Of a stretch of DNA of 64,000 bases, positions 1 to 12,089 are shown piece after piece. Origin of the DNA: Chiloscyllium plagiosum. Lineage: Eukaryota. The notes under the pieces were generated by a model that worked only from the letters and a program-made list of their open reading frames with translations, was not told the DNA's origin and searched no databases. Made by a program: the position numbers and the translations under genes. The DNA lies in contig NC_057719.1 in assembly GCF_004010195.1 (NCBI RefSeq), forward strand, positions 14,382,364 through 14,446,363, given 5' to 3'. Each line of letters begins with the position of its first letter. Within the stretch, counting starts at the first letter, position 1.

Positions 1-320
1 TTGGATCGGCGCAACATCGAGGGCCAAAGGGCCTGTACTGCGCTGTATTCTTCTATGTTCTATGTTCTATGTTCCTTTGGCAACTCATTCCATACACACG
101 CCACACTCTGTGTGAAAAAGTTGCCCCTTAGGTCTCTTTTAAATCTTTCCCCTCTCACCTTAAATGTATGCTCTCTAGTTCTGGATTTCCCCACCCCAGG
201 GAAAAGACCTTATCTGTTTATCCTATCCATGCCCCTCATGATTTTATAAACCTCTGTGAGGTCACCCCTTAGCCTCCGACACTCCAGGGAAAACAGCCCC
301 AACCTATTCAACCTCTCCTA
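1..320. mobile_element. CR1 LINE fragments: + strand 3' tail (1-73) abutting a - strand ORF2 C-terminal fragment (74-320)
   Basis: Tail 'agggcctgtactgcgctgta..(tctatgt)n'; 74-320 is the reverse complement of the CR1 C-terminus seen at 30900-31170. Confidence 0.85.
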
Positions 321-889
321 AAATTATGAAGGGACTTGATAAGATAGAAGCATAGTAACAAACACCTAATTAGCTCCTGAGTGACGTTTGCGCGTGTCTG
401 TGTCCTGCAAAGAGGAAACATCTCAATCTCTTTTGATCCTTTCTATATCGAGAAGTAACAGAAAACCTTCTGGTAGCTATTCTCACTTATTCAATAATCT
501 ACTCTCCAAATTTCCTTGTTGGAAGGGAAAACCATAAAGTCAACTTCAGAAGGTTTAAAAGGGCAGATTGCTCAGCTAGTAAATGGAGTAAATGTACATC
601 CCCAACTTCGGATCTTTAGCAAAAAGAAAATCAGAAGAATGAGAAACAAACCCCAAAGAAAAAAAAAACTCATTGACATCTGTGATCTGGACTGGGGCCA
701 GAACTATGCCATGCTGACTTCTTTTCCCATTCTCACCCTTAATACTCAGGTCCTGTCTTGTCTCTTTGTGTGTCTATCTGTGTATGGGAATTTTTAAAAT
801 GGGTACAGTTTGAGTCAGAGAAGTATAAGCTCATAATTCATGTTTCTTTCTTTGTCTTTGGTTTAAAAATGATTAGATTACAAATAGTG

Positions 890-1035
890 AGGCACTCCTG
901 CCTTCAGCCCTTCCCTTCCTACTTCCAGAACAGCAATGGTGTTCCCCTTGTTCTCACTGACCACCCCATCTTTCTTCTCATTAAAAGGATCATGTCCTGC
1001 CATTTCTATCTCCTTCAACCAGATGCCACCACCAG
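890..1035 (+). mobile_element. Penelope-like element ORF remnant
   Basis: Translates GVPLVLTDHPIFLLIKRIMSCHFYLLQPDATT, resembling the region that follows DRTPLV in the Penelope copy ending at 53787. Confidence 0.65.
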
Positions 1036-1116
1036 AAGGCAGCTCAGAGGAGATTTCATAGAATTTGCCAAAATTAAGAGCGGGCTGGGTGGACCCATAG
1101 GGAGAAGTTGATCCAC

Positions 1117-1495
1117 TCATAGAGCCATAGGTCCAACTCGTCCATGCCGACCATATTTCCCAAACTAAACTGCGTTTGGCCCATATCCCTCTAAATGTTT
1201 CCTATTCATGTGAAAAAGTGAATGAGAGGGCATAGATTTAAAGTGATGTGTAAACAAAGCAAGAGTGATGTGAGAAAAAGCTTTTTCACACAGTGAGTAG
1301 TTAGGGAGCAGAATGTACTGCCTGGGAACGTGGTGAAGGCAGGTTCAATTGACACATTCAAAAGGGCCATTGGATGATTATTTGGATAGAAGTGGTATGT
1401 AGAGATGTGGGGGAAAGGCAGGAGATTGTTACTAACGAAGGGACAAAGGGCTGAATGGCCTCTTTCTGCACAGTAGCAGCATTGTGATTCACTAT
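1117..1495. mobile_element. Two decayed CR1 3' fragments (- strand then + strand)
   Basis: Similarity to the CR1 3' end: FFTQ.VV-like coding remnant and 'gggctgaatggcct' tail. Confidence 0.7.
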
Positions 1496-2559
1496 TGTAA
1501 CGGTTCTGGTATGTTTTCACGACGAGGATTGTGGCAGCCTTGGAGACAGGCTGAGCAGAATGCCCAGTGGCTTCTGGATACAAGCTGAGACCCAATTGCG
1601 ATGTCAAGGCCTGTACAGCTCAAACCGAGGGGAGTGAGCCTCCACCTGGGCAGAGACTCTCAATAGGACACAGCCCAAGAGGCCAAAAGACACCAGAGGG
1701 TGACTGGCCAAGTTTTCCATGCCAACATGGCCAACTGCCGACCCAGCTGAGGAACCTAGGTCTTCACTAGACATAGAGGGACAGAGGGGAAGAAGAAAAC
1801 ATACTATGCACACTGAGGTAGCTACATCACTGGAAATAAGGCACAATTTTGTCAATGGATTCACACATACTGTGACAATATTTGCTGCAACATTGCTCTG
1901 GTTAAGTCAGATCCACGTGAGATGAGCAGCCCATTCTAATATCACAAAGATATAAGCTGTTACATTTGCTAAGCATTGCTCATCTTTCATTAGCAACCGA
2001 GACTTTGACTGCACCATAACCTCATATGTCATGGATCATGGAGGCTTTAACTTTGATCATTGCAGCCAAGGCTTTGCATGTCAAGGTGGAGATCCTGAGG
2101 CTAAAAGCAATGCGTCAGGGCCTGGCTTTAACAAATCCTTCAACCCTCTCCTTATGGCGAGAATCAAGGATTGAATGTTGGGACACCTGTGAAAATGGCT
2201 GCGAGACACAGTATGAGTCAAATCCACCATATCATTAAAATAAATAGAGAAAGGTGAATGGCTTAACTCATTGTACAAAAAAAACAGTTCCTGGAATATA
2301 CAAACTATTCTGCATATTGTGATCTAAATATCAGCCTCCTCAAATCCCTTTGCTCCTCCAGATTGTGTAATTTCATGTCTCATTTAGAATATTTATATTT
2401 CTTCAATCCAAAGTTGATGACTCACATGTCCCCAATTTATCTTTACCCTGTCATGACTTGGTCTGTGGAAATCTGTGTTCCTTTGTATTTCTGTGATCCC
2501 ATCCACTCACCTCAGTGCCATTTTAAAAAGTGCATGTTCAACTCTAGCCTCCTCCACAG

Positions 2560-4020
2560 TAGTTAGAAACCATGGAAAGATTACTGTGCAGAAAGAGGCC
2601 ATTCAGCCCGTTGTGGCCAAGAAAGGAAGGCTAGCTACCCATTCTAATAGGACATTCCAGTACTTGCTGCTTTGGCTTAAAATGCTTCAGGAGTAGGTTC
2701 CTTGTAAATAGGTTGAGTGCTTCTGTACAAACCACCAAAAAGGAGCAGACATTCCAGAAACCATCACCTTCTAAGTGAAAAAGCCTTTCCTCAACTCCCC
2801 TCTATTCCTGTTACCAATCACCTCAAATCTGCGCCCCTCAGAAATCAACACTTTATTGGTGAAAACAAATCTGTCCTGCCTACTTTATCTTAATTCTTTT
2901 GTACCCCTTGACCTCCATTGTTTTAAGGATTAAAGACTCTAACATGTCCAAACGCTCCTCATGGTTGCAATTTCCAACCCCTACCATCATCCTCATAAGT
3001 TTCCTCTGTGTTTTGTCCGGAGCAAACATGTCCTTTCTATAAAGTGGAGACTCAGACTTCCATTTGTTACATTTTATACAGTTCCAATTTTTAAAAAAAT
3101 GCTTTTGTATTAAAATCCAATAAAGGAAAGTATTTCAAAGATTTTTTTTTAACCACCTTATCTAGCAGCCCTGCTACCTTCAAGGACTGGTGGACATGTG
3201 CTCCAAGATCTCTTAGTTCCTCAGTATCCTTCTCTTTATTGTGTTTCCCTACTTTTATTTGCCCACCCAAATGTATGACCTTATGACTTCTCGGGATTGA
3301 ATTCCATTTGCCATTTTGCTTCCCACTCAACCAAGCCATCGATATTATTCTGGAGTTGATAACTATTCAACTATTCACAATCAATTTTAAATGACTGTAT
3401 TTTGTAGTGACTGTAACTTTCTCAATAGTGTCTCGCACATTGGAATCTAAATAGTAAACATACACAGCAAACAGCAAGGGAACCACACTAAGTCCCGTGG
3501 AACACCACGGAAACCACATTCCGTTTGCAAGAACATCCATGAAGTATTACCTCTTGCTTCCTATCGCTGGGCTAAATTTGGATTCAATGCATTATACTCC
3601 CTAGTATCGCATGTGCTTTTACTTTGCCGACCAATTTCCAGTCTAGAACCTTGTCAAAGGCCTTTCTAAAATCCATATAGTCAACATGCACTGTACTACC
3701 TCATCAAACTTCCTCGTTAGTTCTTCAAAGCGTTAATTTGGGTTATGAAGACATGACCTTCTCCTTACAAACTAATACTGTATATTTGGGTTAAGCCATG
3801 TCTTTCTCCATGACAATGTATCCTGACTCTCAGAATTGCATCAAATAATTTTCACAACAAAGAAAGACTGCCTGGGGTATAATTATTTGACAGACCCCTT
3901 ACACCTTTTTCAACCACAGGTATAATTTTCACGGACATCTGGCACCTCGTCTGTCACTAGTGAGGACTGAATAATGTTACTCAGAACATCCATCATGGCT
4001 GCCATGACATGTTCTAGATA
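2560..4020 (-). mobile_element. Old CR1 LINE ORF2 (RT/C-terminus) remnant
   Basis: Minus-strand ORF with LRDLGAHVHQSLKVAGLLDKVVKK; tail 'gaggccattcagccc' near 2595. Confidence 0.75.
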
Positions 4021-4049
4021 CAATCTATCTAGCCCTGTTGTTTCTTAAA

Positions 4050-4770
4050 TTATTCATTAAAGAGATGTGGGTTCCACTGGCAAAGCCAATATTTATTGTC
4101 TATCCATAGTTGCCCTTGAGAAGATGGTAGTGAGCTGTCTTCTTGAATTGCTGCTGCCCATTTGGTATAGGTGCCCCTAAATGTAGTTAAGGGAGGGAGT
4201 TCCAGAAATTTGACCCAGCAACACTGGAGGAATGGTGATATGTCTCCAAGTCTGGACAGTGAGTGGCTTCGATTGGAAGTTGGAGATGACAGAACTTCCA
4301 TTTATCTGCTGCCATTATCTTTCTAGTATTAGGGATCAAGAGTTTGGAAAGTGCTGTCTGAGAAACATGAGTGGATGTGTGCAATGCATCTTGTAGATGT
4401 TATATCCTGCACCGATTGAATGCTGTTGGCAGAAGGAATGTATATTTGTGGATGCCGTTGCAATGAAGCAGGCTGTGTTATCCTGGATAACATCAAACTT
4501 CTTAAGTGTTGGCATAGCTGCACCCATCAGGCAAGTGTGGAGTATTCCATCATACTCATGACTTGTACCTTGTAGATAGTGGACAGAACTTCTGACCAGC
4601 TCTTGTGGCCATAGTATTTATAGGGTTAGTTCAGTTCAGTTTCAGGTCAACAGTTACCCAAAGGTGTTGATTCAGCAATGATAATACCATGGAACGTAAA
4701 GGGAGTGTGGTTAGATTCTCTGCTGTTGGAGAAGTTCATTGCCAGGCATTTATGCACCGTGAATATTTAT
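4050..4770 (-). mobile_element. Second LINE family (CR1-group, L2/Crack-like), 3' fragment
   Basis: TLKKFDVIQDNTACFI..NIHSF..YKMHC, homologous to 62433-62993. Confidence 0.8.
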
Positions 4771-5180
4771 CTACCTTCAAGAATGTCAGCACCTCCATTA
4801 CTGTCTTGCCTTCTATACTTATTACATTGAATATTGCATTGAATATTACACACTCCTCTTTCCTGAGAGTGTCTGCATCATCCTTCTACTTTCTGTAGGC
4901 AAAATACTCATGAAGAAGCCTAGCCACATCTTCTACATTCATACACATCCTGTATGTCTCTTACCCTCCCCTTAGTTACCATCTTGCTCAACATGTAATG
5001 ATAAAACATCTTTGTGTTTTCCTTGATTTTTGCCTTTTTTCATAATCTTTGCTTTCCAATTTCATTTTTACTTCACCCCTGTACTCTCTGTACATCTTTA
5101 GGTTTTCTACATTTTTACGTTTTTGTGACTGTCACAAACTTTGTTTTTTTTTGCATAATGTTACCCTGGATACTACTGGA

Positions 5181-5401
5181 TATAGGTTGTGCTGCTATAA
5201 TGCATGTTTCATTAATGCAAATTTGCGATAACACAATTGATGAATTGAGGACACGGTTTCAAAAGTGTGAACTTTTAAAGCACGTGTTGGTTATAACATG
5301 ATTCCGGCACCATTAGTTTAAATGGTGCTGCTATTACACGATTTTCTTATAACAGGATTGCACGAGAACAGAATTACTGCGTTATAGCAGAACTGCATGC
5401 A
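5181..5401. mobile_element. Short non-autonomous DNA transposon (MITE), possibly Tc1/mariner-pogo type
   Basis: Imperfect terminal inverted repeats gtgctgctataatgca (5189-5204) and tgcgttatagcagaac (5378-5393); internal hairpin gcaccat..atggtgc. Confidence 0.5.
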
Positions 5402-6224
5402 CTAGGAGGCTCTAGATTTTGCAATAGCTCTCTTTTGTTTTATGAGGACAAGTCTACATTATGGCTGCAGAATCTCACTTTTGATCATTGGATTATAATG
5501 GTAAAAAGCCATTATACCAGATACAGTACATTATGGAAACCTGGGAAGCACTGCTTTTCAAATCTGCCAACTGAAGTAAATAATAAGTGCTAACCCAAAG
5601 AGGTGTCTCTGTCCTTTAGTAAGATGCAATTGATTACATGCAACTTGAGGATTCCAATTTGCAAGTGTGGAACAAAGCTAGGGGTCAGGCCTGTATTAAA
5701 CAAAGATCCAGAAACCTCAGACATCAGGAAGCAATAACATTTTGGTTGTAAATATATAAGATTAGCATAATTCAGGAATCAGCTTGTTCAAACTCATTTA
5801 TTTGAGTATGCAGGTTAATCTGGCTACTACTGCCACAGGGATTGAATCAGCAGCTGTTCAATCATTCTACACTCTCGTCAACTGAACTACATATACCTTT
5901 AACATATTCCCTGCCCACAATCACGTAACTAATTGCATCCCATGTCCTAAAATTACCTACAATCGCGTGCTTTCTCATTTTCACGAATGAATTCCAATAA
6001 CCATTCAGATAAGGATGCATGGCCAAAAGTCAATCAAGGGATGAATATAGACAGTATATAGGCTGTGAAGAAGTACTAGCCACTAACACAAGGTATCAGA
6101 TGCATATTGCTACAGTGGATTAGATGTCCTAGTACATAGAGATTTTTTTCTACAAGAATTGCACTGCAGTAAGGGCGGTGAACAACCTACACAAATAGGT
6201 GGTGCCACATATATATGTTCCTAT

Positions 6225-6690
6225 ATATTAGGAATAAGAGTAGGCCACTTAGTCCACTGAACCTGCTCATGGGCTGATCATCGAACTCAATATCATAATT
6301 CTGTGCCATCTCTATATCCTGTAATGTCAACAGACTTCAGGAATCCATCGTTTTTTGCCTTGAGCATGCTTAATGAGTGAGCTTGAACAGCCTTCTGCAG
6401 TAGAGAACTCCAAAGGCTTCACCACCGCCAACAGAAGACAATTCTCTTCATCTCAGCCTGAAATGGCCTCCCTCTTACAGGCAGACCATGCCCCCGGTTT
6501 TAAATGCACCAGCCAGGGAAACATCCTATCCACCCTGTCAAGTCCTGGAAACATTGTGAGAGATAAAACTCCAGAGGATACCTGCCCAGTTTCCTGGGAA
6601 TCTCCTAAAAAAAATCTCCCTCCATCCCTAGTGAATCCTAATTGTACTCCATCTGTGAGAGTACTTAATCCTATTCTGTCTCACACTGTG
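6225..6690 (-). mobile_element. Decayed CR1 3' fragment
   Basis: Tail 'aggaataagagtaggccac'; body similar to 14325-14740. Confidence 0.65.
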
Positions 6691-6824
6691 ACTTAATTTC
6701 AAGGCTTGAAAATTGTTAGCACCCCTCAAGTAAGCACTGTAAGACCTCTTCTGTTCAATAATTCATTTACAGGATGAAAGCACCACTGGCTAGGCCAGCA
6801 TTTATGACCCATCCCTAATTATGC

Positions 6825-7000
6825 GGTGGCAATGACCTAGTGGCATTATCGCTACACTGTTAATCCAGAGACCCGGTAATTATTCCCAGAACATGGATTT
6901 GAATTTTGCTGTGGTAGATGGTGGAATTTGAATTTAATAAATATCTGAAATTAGGAGTCTAACAATGACCATGAAACCACTGTTGATTGCCATAAAAAGA
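6825..7000 (+). mobile_element. tRNA-derived SINE, family 2 (5' part)
   Basis: Homologous to the 5' half of 48215-48548 and to the reverse complement of 7700-7850. Confidence 0.65.
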
Positions 7001-7009
7001 TGTAAGACA

Positions 7010-7520
7010 TAACACCAGTAGACATAGGAGCAGAAATAACAGCATTCAGCCCATCAAGTCTGTTTTGCCGTTCATTCATGGCTAACAGATTTATCAATCC
7101 CATTTTTCCATTTTCTCCCTGTAAACTTAGATCCCCTTGGCAATCAAAAACTTTTCTATCCCTGTTTTAAATAGACTCAATGACCTGGCCTCCACAATAT
7201 TCTGTGGCAATGAATTCACCACTCTCTGGCTAAAGGGATTTCTCCTTATCTTCAATTTAAAAGGTATTCCCTTTACTCGGGTCCTAGTCTCGCTTGCCAA
7301 TGGAAACATCTTCCCAATGTCCACTCTTTCCAGGCTGTTCAGTATTCTGTAAGTTTCAATCAGATCAGCCCCTCATCCTTCTAAACTCCATCGAGTATAC
7401 TCTCAGAGTCCTCAAATGTTGCTCGTGCGTTAAGCCTTTCAGTCCTGGGATCATTCTTAGGAACCGCCTCTGGACCTGCTCCAGGACCAATACCTCCTTC
7501 CAGAGGTATGAAGCCCAAAA
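7010..7520 (-). mobile_element. CR1 LINE 3' fragment
   Basis: LEQVQRRFLRMIPGLKGLTHEQHLRTLRVYSMEFRRMRG..FSQRVVNSLP. Confidence 0.9.
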
Positions 7521-7559
7521 ACAAATTTGGTTGACAGCATTTTTATTACCCATTTTCTT

Positions 7560-7850
7560 ACTTAGATAGCAGTTAGGAGTCAACCACATGTTTGTGGGTC
7601 TGGAGTCACATGTAGGCCAGACCAGGTAAGGAAGGCAGTTTCCCTTTCTAAAAGGACACTAGTGACCCAGATGGGTTTTTCCATCAAGGGACAATAGATT
7701 TGTGGTCATCATTAGAATCTTAACTCCAGACTTTTATTGAACTCAAATTCCACCATCTGCAGTGGTGGGATTTGAACTGGGGCTGCCAGAACATTACCTG
7801 GCTCTCTGGATTAACAGTCCAGTGATAATATCACCAGGCCATCGCCTCTC
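7560..7850 (-). mobile_element. tRNA-derived SINE, family 2
   Basis: Reverse complement carries the central block 'cccatctgg.tcactag.gtcctttag..tgtgactccagacccaca' also present at 48380-48480. Confidence 0.75.
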
Positions 7851-7994
7851 CTCCCAGAACAATAGGGGAAGGTCTGGGCAGGAGACTGGCTGCTGTAATT
7901 CATTCAGAGCTCCATATCAGCCATTACTATCTGAGAACTCATGACCCTAGAGTTGCAGCTCACAACCACACTTGGGGTCCTGCCCCCATTTTTG

Positions 7995-8100
7995 GGAACA
8001 AAGCCAGAAATTGCCTGAAAAGCTCATCAGGTCTGGCAGCATCTGTGAAGAGAAAGCAGAGATAATGTTTCTGGTCCAATGACCCTTCTTCAGAACTACT
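7995..8100 (-). mobile_element. Penelope-like terminal repeat, family D, with hammerhead-like motif
   Basis: Minus strand reads gtt-CTGAAGA-agggtc-attg-gacca-GAAA-catt; related copies at 14783-14910, 16252-16392 and 36435-36640. Confidence 0.7.
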
Positions 8101-8139
8101 GGACATTTGGAAGGTCCTGTTGTCAGAATCACCAGAATA

Positions 8140-8362
8140 GTTGCAGTGGAGGAACTGAGAAGATTTACTGCCACAGAAGGCTGTGGAGGCCAGGTCATTG
8201 AGTATACTTAAGACTGAGATAGATAAGTTCTTGAGTATCAATGGGATCAAGAGATATGGAGAGAAAATGGTACAATGGGGTTGGGAAACGTATTAGCCAT
8301 GATTGAATGTTGAGCAGATTTGATGTGCTGAATGGCCTAATTTCTGCTCCTATGTCTTATAT
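8140..8362 (+). mobile_element. CR1 3' end
   Basis: LPQKAVEARSLSILKTEIDKFL..KGI-like remnant and 'gctgaatggcct..ctcctatgtcttat' tail. Confidence 0.8.
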
Positions 8363-8364
8363 TT

Positions 8365-9320
8365 CAATGAAATAGAGTCTTTCCTGGAAGCAGGGTGTGA
8401 GGATGTATAGTTGAAGTAACTGTGGGAGTCATTTGGTATGGAATGGATATTGTGGTCAGCCTAGCTCCCGAAATGAAAATAGAGATGTTAGCAAAGGGAG
8501 GGGAGGAGTCAGATATGGACCAGGCATAAGGAAGAGCAAGGTGGAAATTGGAAATTGATGAATATTTCCAATTCTGGATGAGAGAGGGAAGCAGCACTGA
8601 TGATGTTATCGATATGCCAGAGAAAGAGTTGCAGCGTAGGACTAGAACAAGGAAAGCCCCATGTACCCCAGAAAGGTACAGTCAAAACTTGTGCCCATGC
8701 CTGTATCTATGGCCAGACCTTTGATCTGAAGAAAGTGGGAGGAGTCAAAAATGAACCTACCCAGGGTGAGGAGCAGCTCAGCCAGATAGAGGAAGCTGGT
8801 GGTGGATGGGGACAATTCAGGCCTTTTTTTCCAGGAATAAGTGGAAAGCCCTGAGACCATCCTGATGGAGTATGAACGTGTAAAAGGATTGCATGTTCAT
8901 GGTAAAGAGGCAGTTAGAACCTGCAAACTAGAAATTCTGATGTATAGCGGGAGAGGGATTGTGGATATCAGTGGGAAGGCACTGTACAAGGGAGAGGGGG
9001 ATTAAAATCGAGTCAAGTTAGGAAGAGAAGAGTTATGTGGGGCAGTAACAGCCAGAAACAATGGGTCTGCCTGGGGATTCCTGTTTCTGAATTTTGTAAA
9101 GGAGATAGAAGAAGGCTATATGGGGTTGGGGGTCTGTGAATTTGGAGGAAGTGGCGGTGGGACCACCAGTTGAAATGAGGTTAGTTATTAGGACACAAGA
9201 CTTGGCATTCCATGTTGGGGTAATGATCCAAGGGAAGATAGGAGGAGGAGGTGGTACCTGAAAGCTGGTACTCAACCTCCACAATGCAGAGGTTGGTACG
9301 CCAGACAACAGCACCATTTT
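8365..9320 (-). mobile_element. Decayed Penelope-like reverse transcriptase
   Basis: FYLLYKIQKQESPGRPIVSGCYCPT and HFLQIKGLAIDTGMGTSFDCTFLGY match Penelope RT motifs (PKIHK..PGRPIVS; G.AMG). Confidence 0.85.
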
Positions 9321-9377
9321 GGGAAGCTCTGCTCTATGGCAGGCTCCTTAGATAAAGAGACCAAAGCTGCGTATAAC

Positions 9378-9785
9378 ACAGAATCACACAATTGTTACAG
9401 CACAGAAAAAGGCCATTCAATCTATCATGTCTGCTTTGGTTCCATTACTTAGTGTTAGTATCCTACCTTTCCCTATATCCTACCTTTTCCCCATAGGGGG
9501 CAACACGTGCAATTCATCTTTTAGCACACTTCATGAGAACCACAACTCACTGGATGTGACATTTCCTTTCTCCTAATGTTGATAAATCTACAGGATTTGA
9601 ATGTGCATTATTTCCACAAAAAAGAAGTCCCACATTTTGGACTTTTTTCTCTAAATCCTCTGGACTTGCTACTCCATCTCCATCCAAATCTTGATTCATT
9701 GCTCCCTTGACCAGTTCATTTGAACTTGCCTCCACCATATTGCCAGGCAATGCTTTCCATACTCACTGGATGAATTTTTTTTCTC
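9378..9785 (-). mobile_element. CR1 3' fragment interrupted by a 175-bp insertion (9495-9669)
   Basis: CR1 tail at 9378-9494 resumes at 9670 (MPGNMVEASS). Confidence 0.7.
9495..9669 (+). repeat. Direct repeat, copy 1 (copy 2 at 11422-11596)
   Basis: Ungapped 175-nt alignment with about 14 mismatches by manual count. Confidence 0.95.
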
Positions 9786-10179
9786 TCTCATCAGATCACG
9801 TCACTATAAACTCTAAGGTGTTGCCTGTCTAAGGCTGTATACAATTGGAGCAAGGTGCATTTGAAACTCATTTCTGCATTCACTGAGGCCGACTCAGCAC
9901 ATCATATTAGTAAGAAAGCATGGGAACCATACAGATAAACTGAATGTTAAAGCCAGCCTTTTAACATATCTAATACCGAATTTAATTACAAACAGGGTTG
10001 ATAGCTGAATGGCTAATTATGCATATTCATAATTATGTCCGAGAAAATCTGGAATATTTGTCATTCCAAATTGGCTAACAGCCCCATGCAGAAACAGATA
10101 CAATGACTCTAATCAATCTTACAAATAAAGTAAGTCTCATTCGCTGATAGGGGAAAACAAACTTTACTTCCCCACTTAC

Positions 10180-10280
10180 CAAAATACTGTTTGATACTCT
10201 CCTGGATCTATCATATTGATCTGTACCTCTGCTGTCCTCCATACCCTTGTAAGGCTGTTTCAGAGGACGGAGATCCCAAC
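10180..10280 (-). CDS. Candidate internal exon of an unidentified host gene; open frame (G)WDLRPLKQPYKGMEDSRGTDQYDRSRRVSNSIL
   Basis: Acceptor ttttctgcatattcatatag|G and donor TTG|gtaagt on the minus strand; only one of three frames is open; lies in non-repetitive sequence; peptide not recognised. Confidence 0.4.
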
Positions 10281-10445
10281 CTATATGAATATGCAGAAAA
10301 TGGATTTACTATCAATCTCCTCTGATAGGTGGAGAACAGAGGTACAGAACATTATCACAGAGTTTTCTATTTTAAGTAGAATACATTTTATAAAAAGTAA
10401 AATTGCAGAACTCAACTGCAAAGAGTTGCCAGTGTGGTCTATTGT

Positions 10446-10896
10446 GCATGTAGGTTTGCTCGCTGAATGGAGATTCATTTTCAGACGTTCGTCACCCTAT
10501 TGGGTAACATTTTCAGTGGGCCTCAGGTGAAGCAGTGTACATGTTTCCTGCTTTCTATTTATATGTTTGGGTTCCTTTGGGTTGGTGATGTCATTTCCTA
10601 TTCTTTTTCCCAAGGGGTGGTAGATGGGGTCTATCAACAAACACATTGAATTAGACCCCATCTACACCCCCTGAAAAAAATAGGAAATGACATCACCACA
10701 GGAAATGACATCACCAACCCCAGGAAACCCAAACATATAAGTAGAAAGTAGGAATCATCAGCAGTTCTTCGCCCGGAGGCCCACTGAAGGTGTTACCTAG
10801 TAGGGTGACAAAACATCTGGATATGAACCTTCCAGCTCAGCGAGCAAACCTACATCCAGAACCTCAATCTGAACTACAAATGTTCTCAAAACTCGC
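10446..10896 (+). mobile_element. Penelope-like terminus, family C, fold-back insertion
   Basis: About 10448-10632 is inverted relative to about 10654-10856; TSD tggtctattgt at 10435-10445 and 10897-10907; degenerate hammerhead motifs on both arms. Confidence 0.8.
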
Positions 10897-11421
10897 TGGT
10901 CTATTGTTTTAACCTCTGAAATGTCACCATAAAACAGCTTACTGTACTCAGTTGGCTGATACATGACAGCTAGCAATTGATTAAAAGACTCAGATAGCAA
11001 AGGCAACATTTTGGTTACACAGATCCAGAAAGCCTTCAGTTAAAGCCCATTAATCCAAGTATCTTCCTACATCCATCTAACCTGTGCATTTGTTTGCAAG
11101 TTCTTGTTTTTTGCTGAGGCCATGAAATGTAAAAAAAAATTGTTCTTTCTAGAAATGAAATGCAGAATAAGCAGGTCCAAACCAACTGGACAAGTCTTCT
11201 AAAAGATACATATGCAAAAGCGAAACTGCAAGGAAGAGTTATAGATTGAGGCAAGCTGACACATGCTATCAAAGATTACTTTCAAACTGAAGGTGCAACT
11301 AACTGTATAGTTGAAAGGTTAAATATTGTGAAGTACATTTACAACAATGTAAAACACTTTGCTAGTTACTTCTATGCATGAAAATTTCTATTACACTGTG
11401 AATATGTTTGAATTATCCAGG

Positions 11422-11596
11422 AGGGGGCAGTGCGTGCAATTCATCTTTTAGCACACTTCATGAGAACCACAGCTCACTGGATGTGACATTTCCTTTCTCC
11501 TGGTGTTGATAAATCTACAGGATTTGAGTGCTCATTATTTCCACAAAAAAAAAGTCCCACATTTTGGAATTCTTTCTCTAAATCTTCTGGACTCGC
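11422..11596 (+). repeat. Direct repeat, copy 2 (probable donor)
   Basis: Matches 9495-9669 and continues seamlessly into the downstream L2-like remnant. Confidence 0.95.
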
Positions 11597-11740
11597 GACC
11601 TTCCTCAACTCCTTCAACGCTTGCCTAAAAATACACTTTTTTGACCAACTTTCATTTACCTTGTCTCCATCGCTCTGAAGCTCTTTGGAATGGTTTTCGG
11701 CATTTAAGGCACTATGCAAATGCAAGCTTCCTGTATTGTA
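11555..11740 (+). mobile_element. Old L2-like LINE 3' remnant
   Basis: PTFWNS..SFNACLKIHFFDQ followed by tail 'aaggcactatgcaaatgcaag'. Confidence 0.55.
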
Positions 11741-12089
11741 GGAAAGCAAGAGATAGCTATGAATGACTCGAGATTTAACATCTTACTTGAAGCTGAAATG
11801 CGATGATGTGGAATCTAGGGATTTTGCGAAAACAAGAGAAAGAGTAGCATGAGAAATACACAGGCTTGGTCCATCTCTTTGTCGAAGTGTTGTTACCACT
11901 AGGTGAGTATTGAGGGTCACAGCTCCACTTCATTTAACTCTCTCTCCTGGTTGGTTGCAACAAACCTCTTTAACCAGATGAACAATGAAGGAGAGCCAGT
12001 TCCAAGGTTTACTTGTGCGAAAGAATATTAACTTTTATTACCCCCAAAACAGTAATAAAATGTGACAACAAACACATACATAATGAGCA

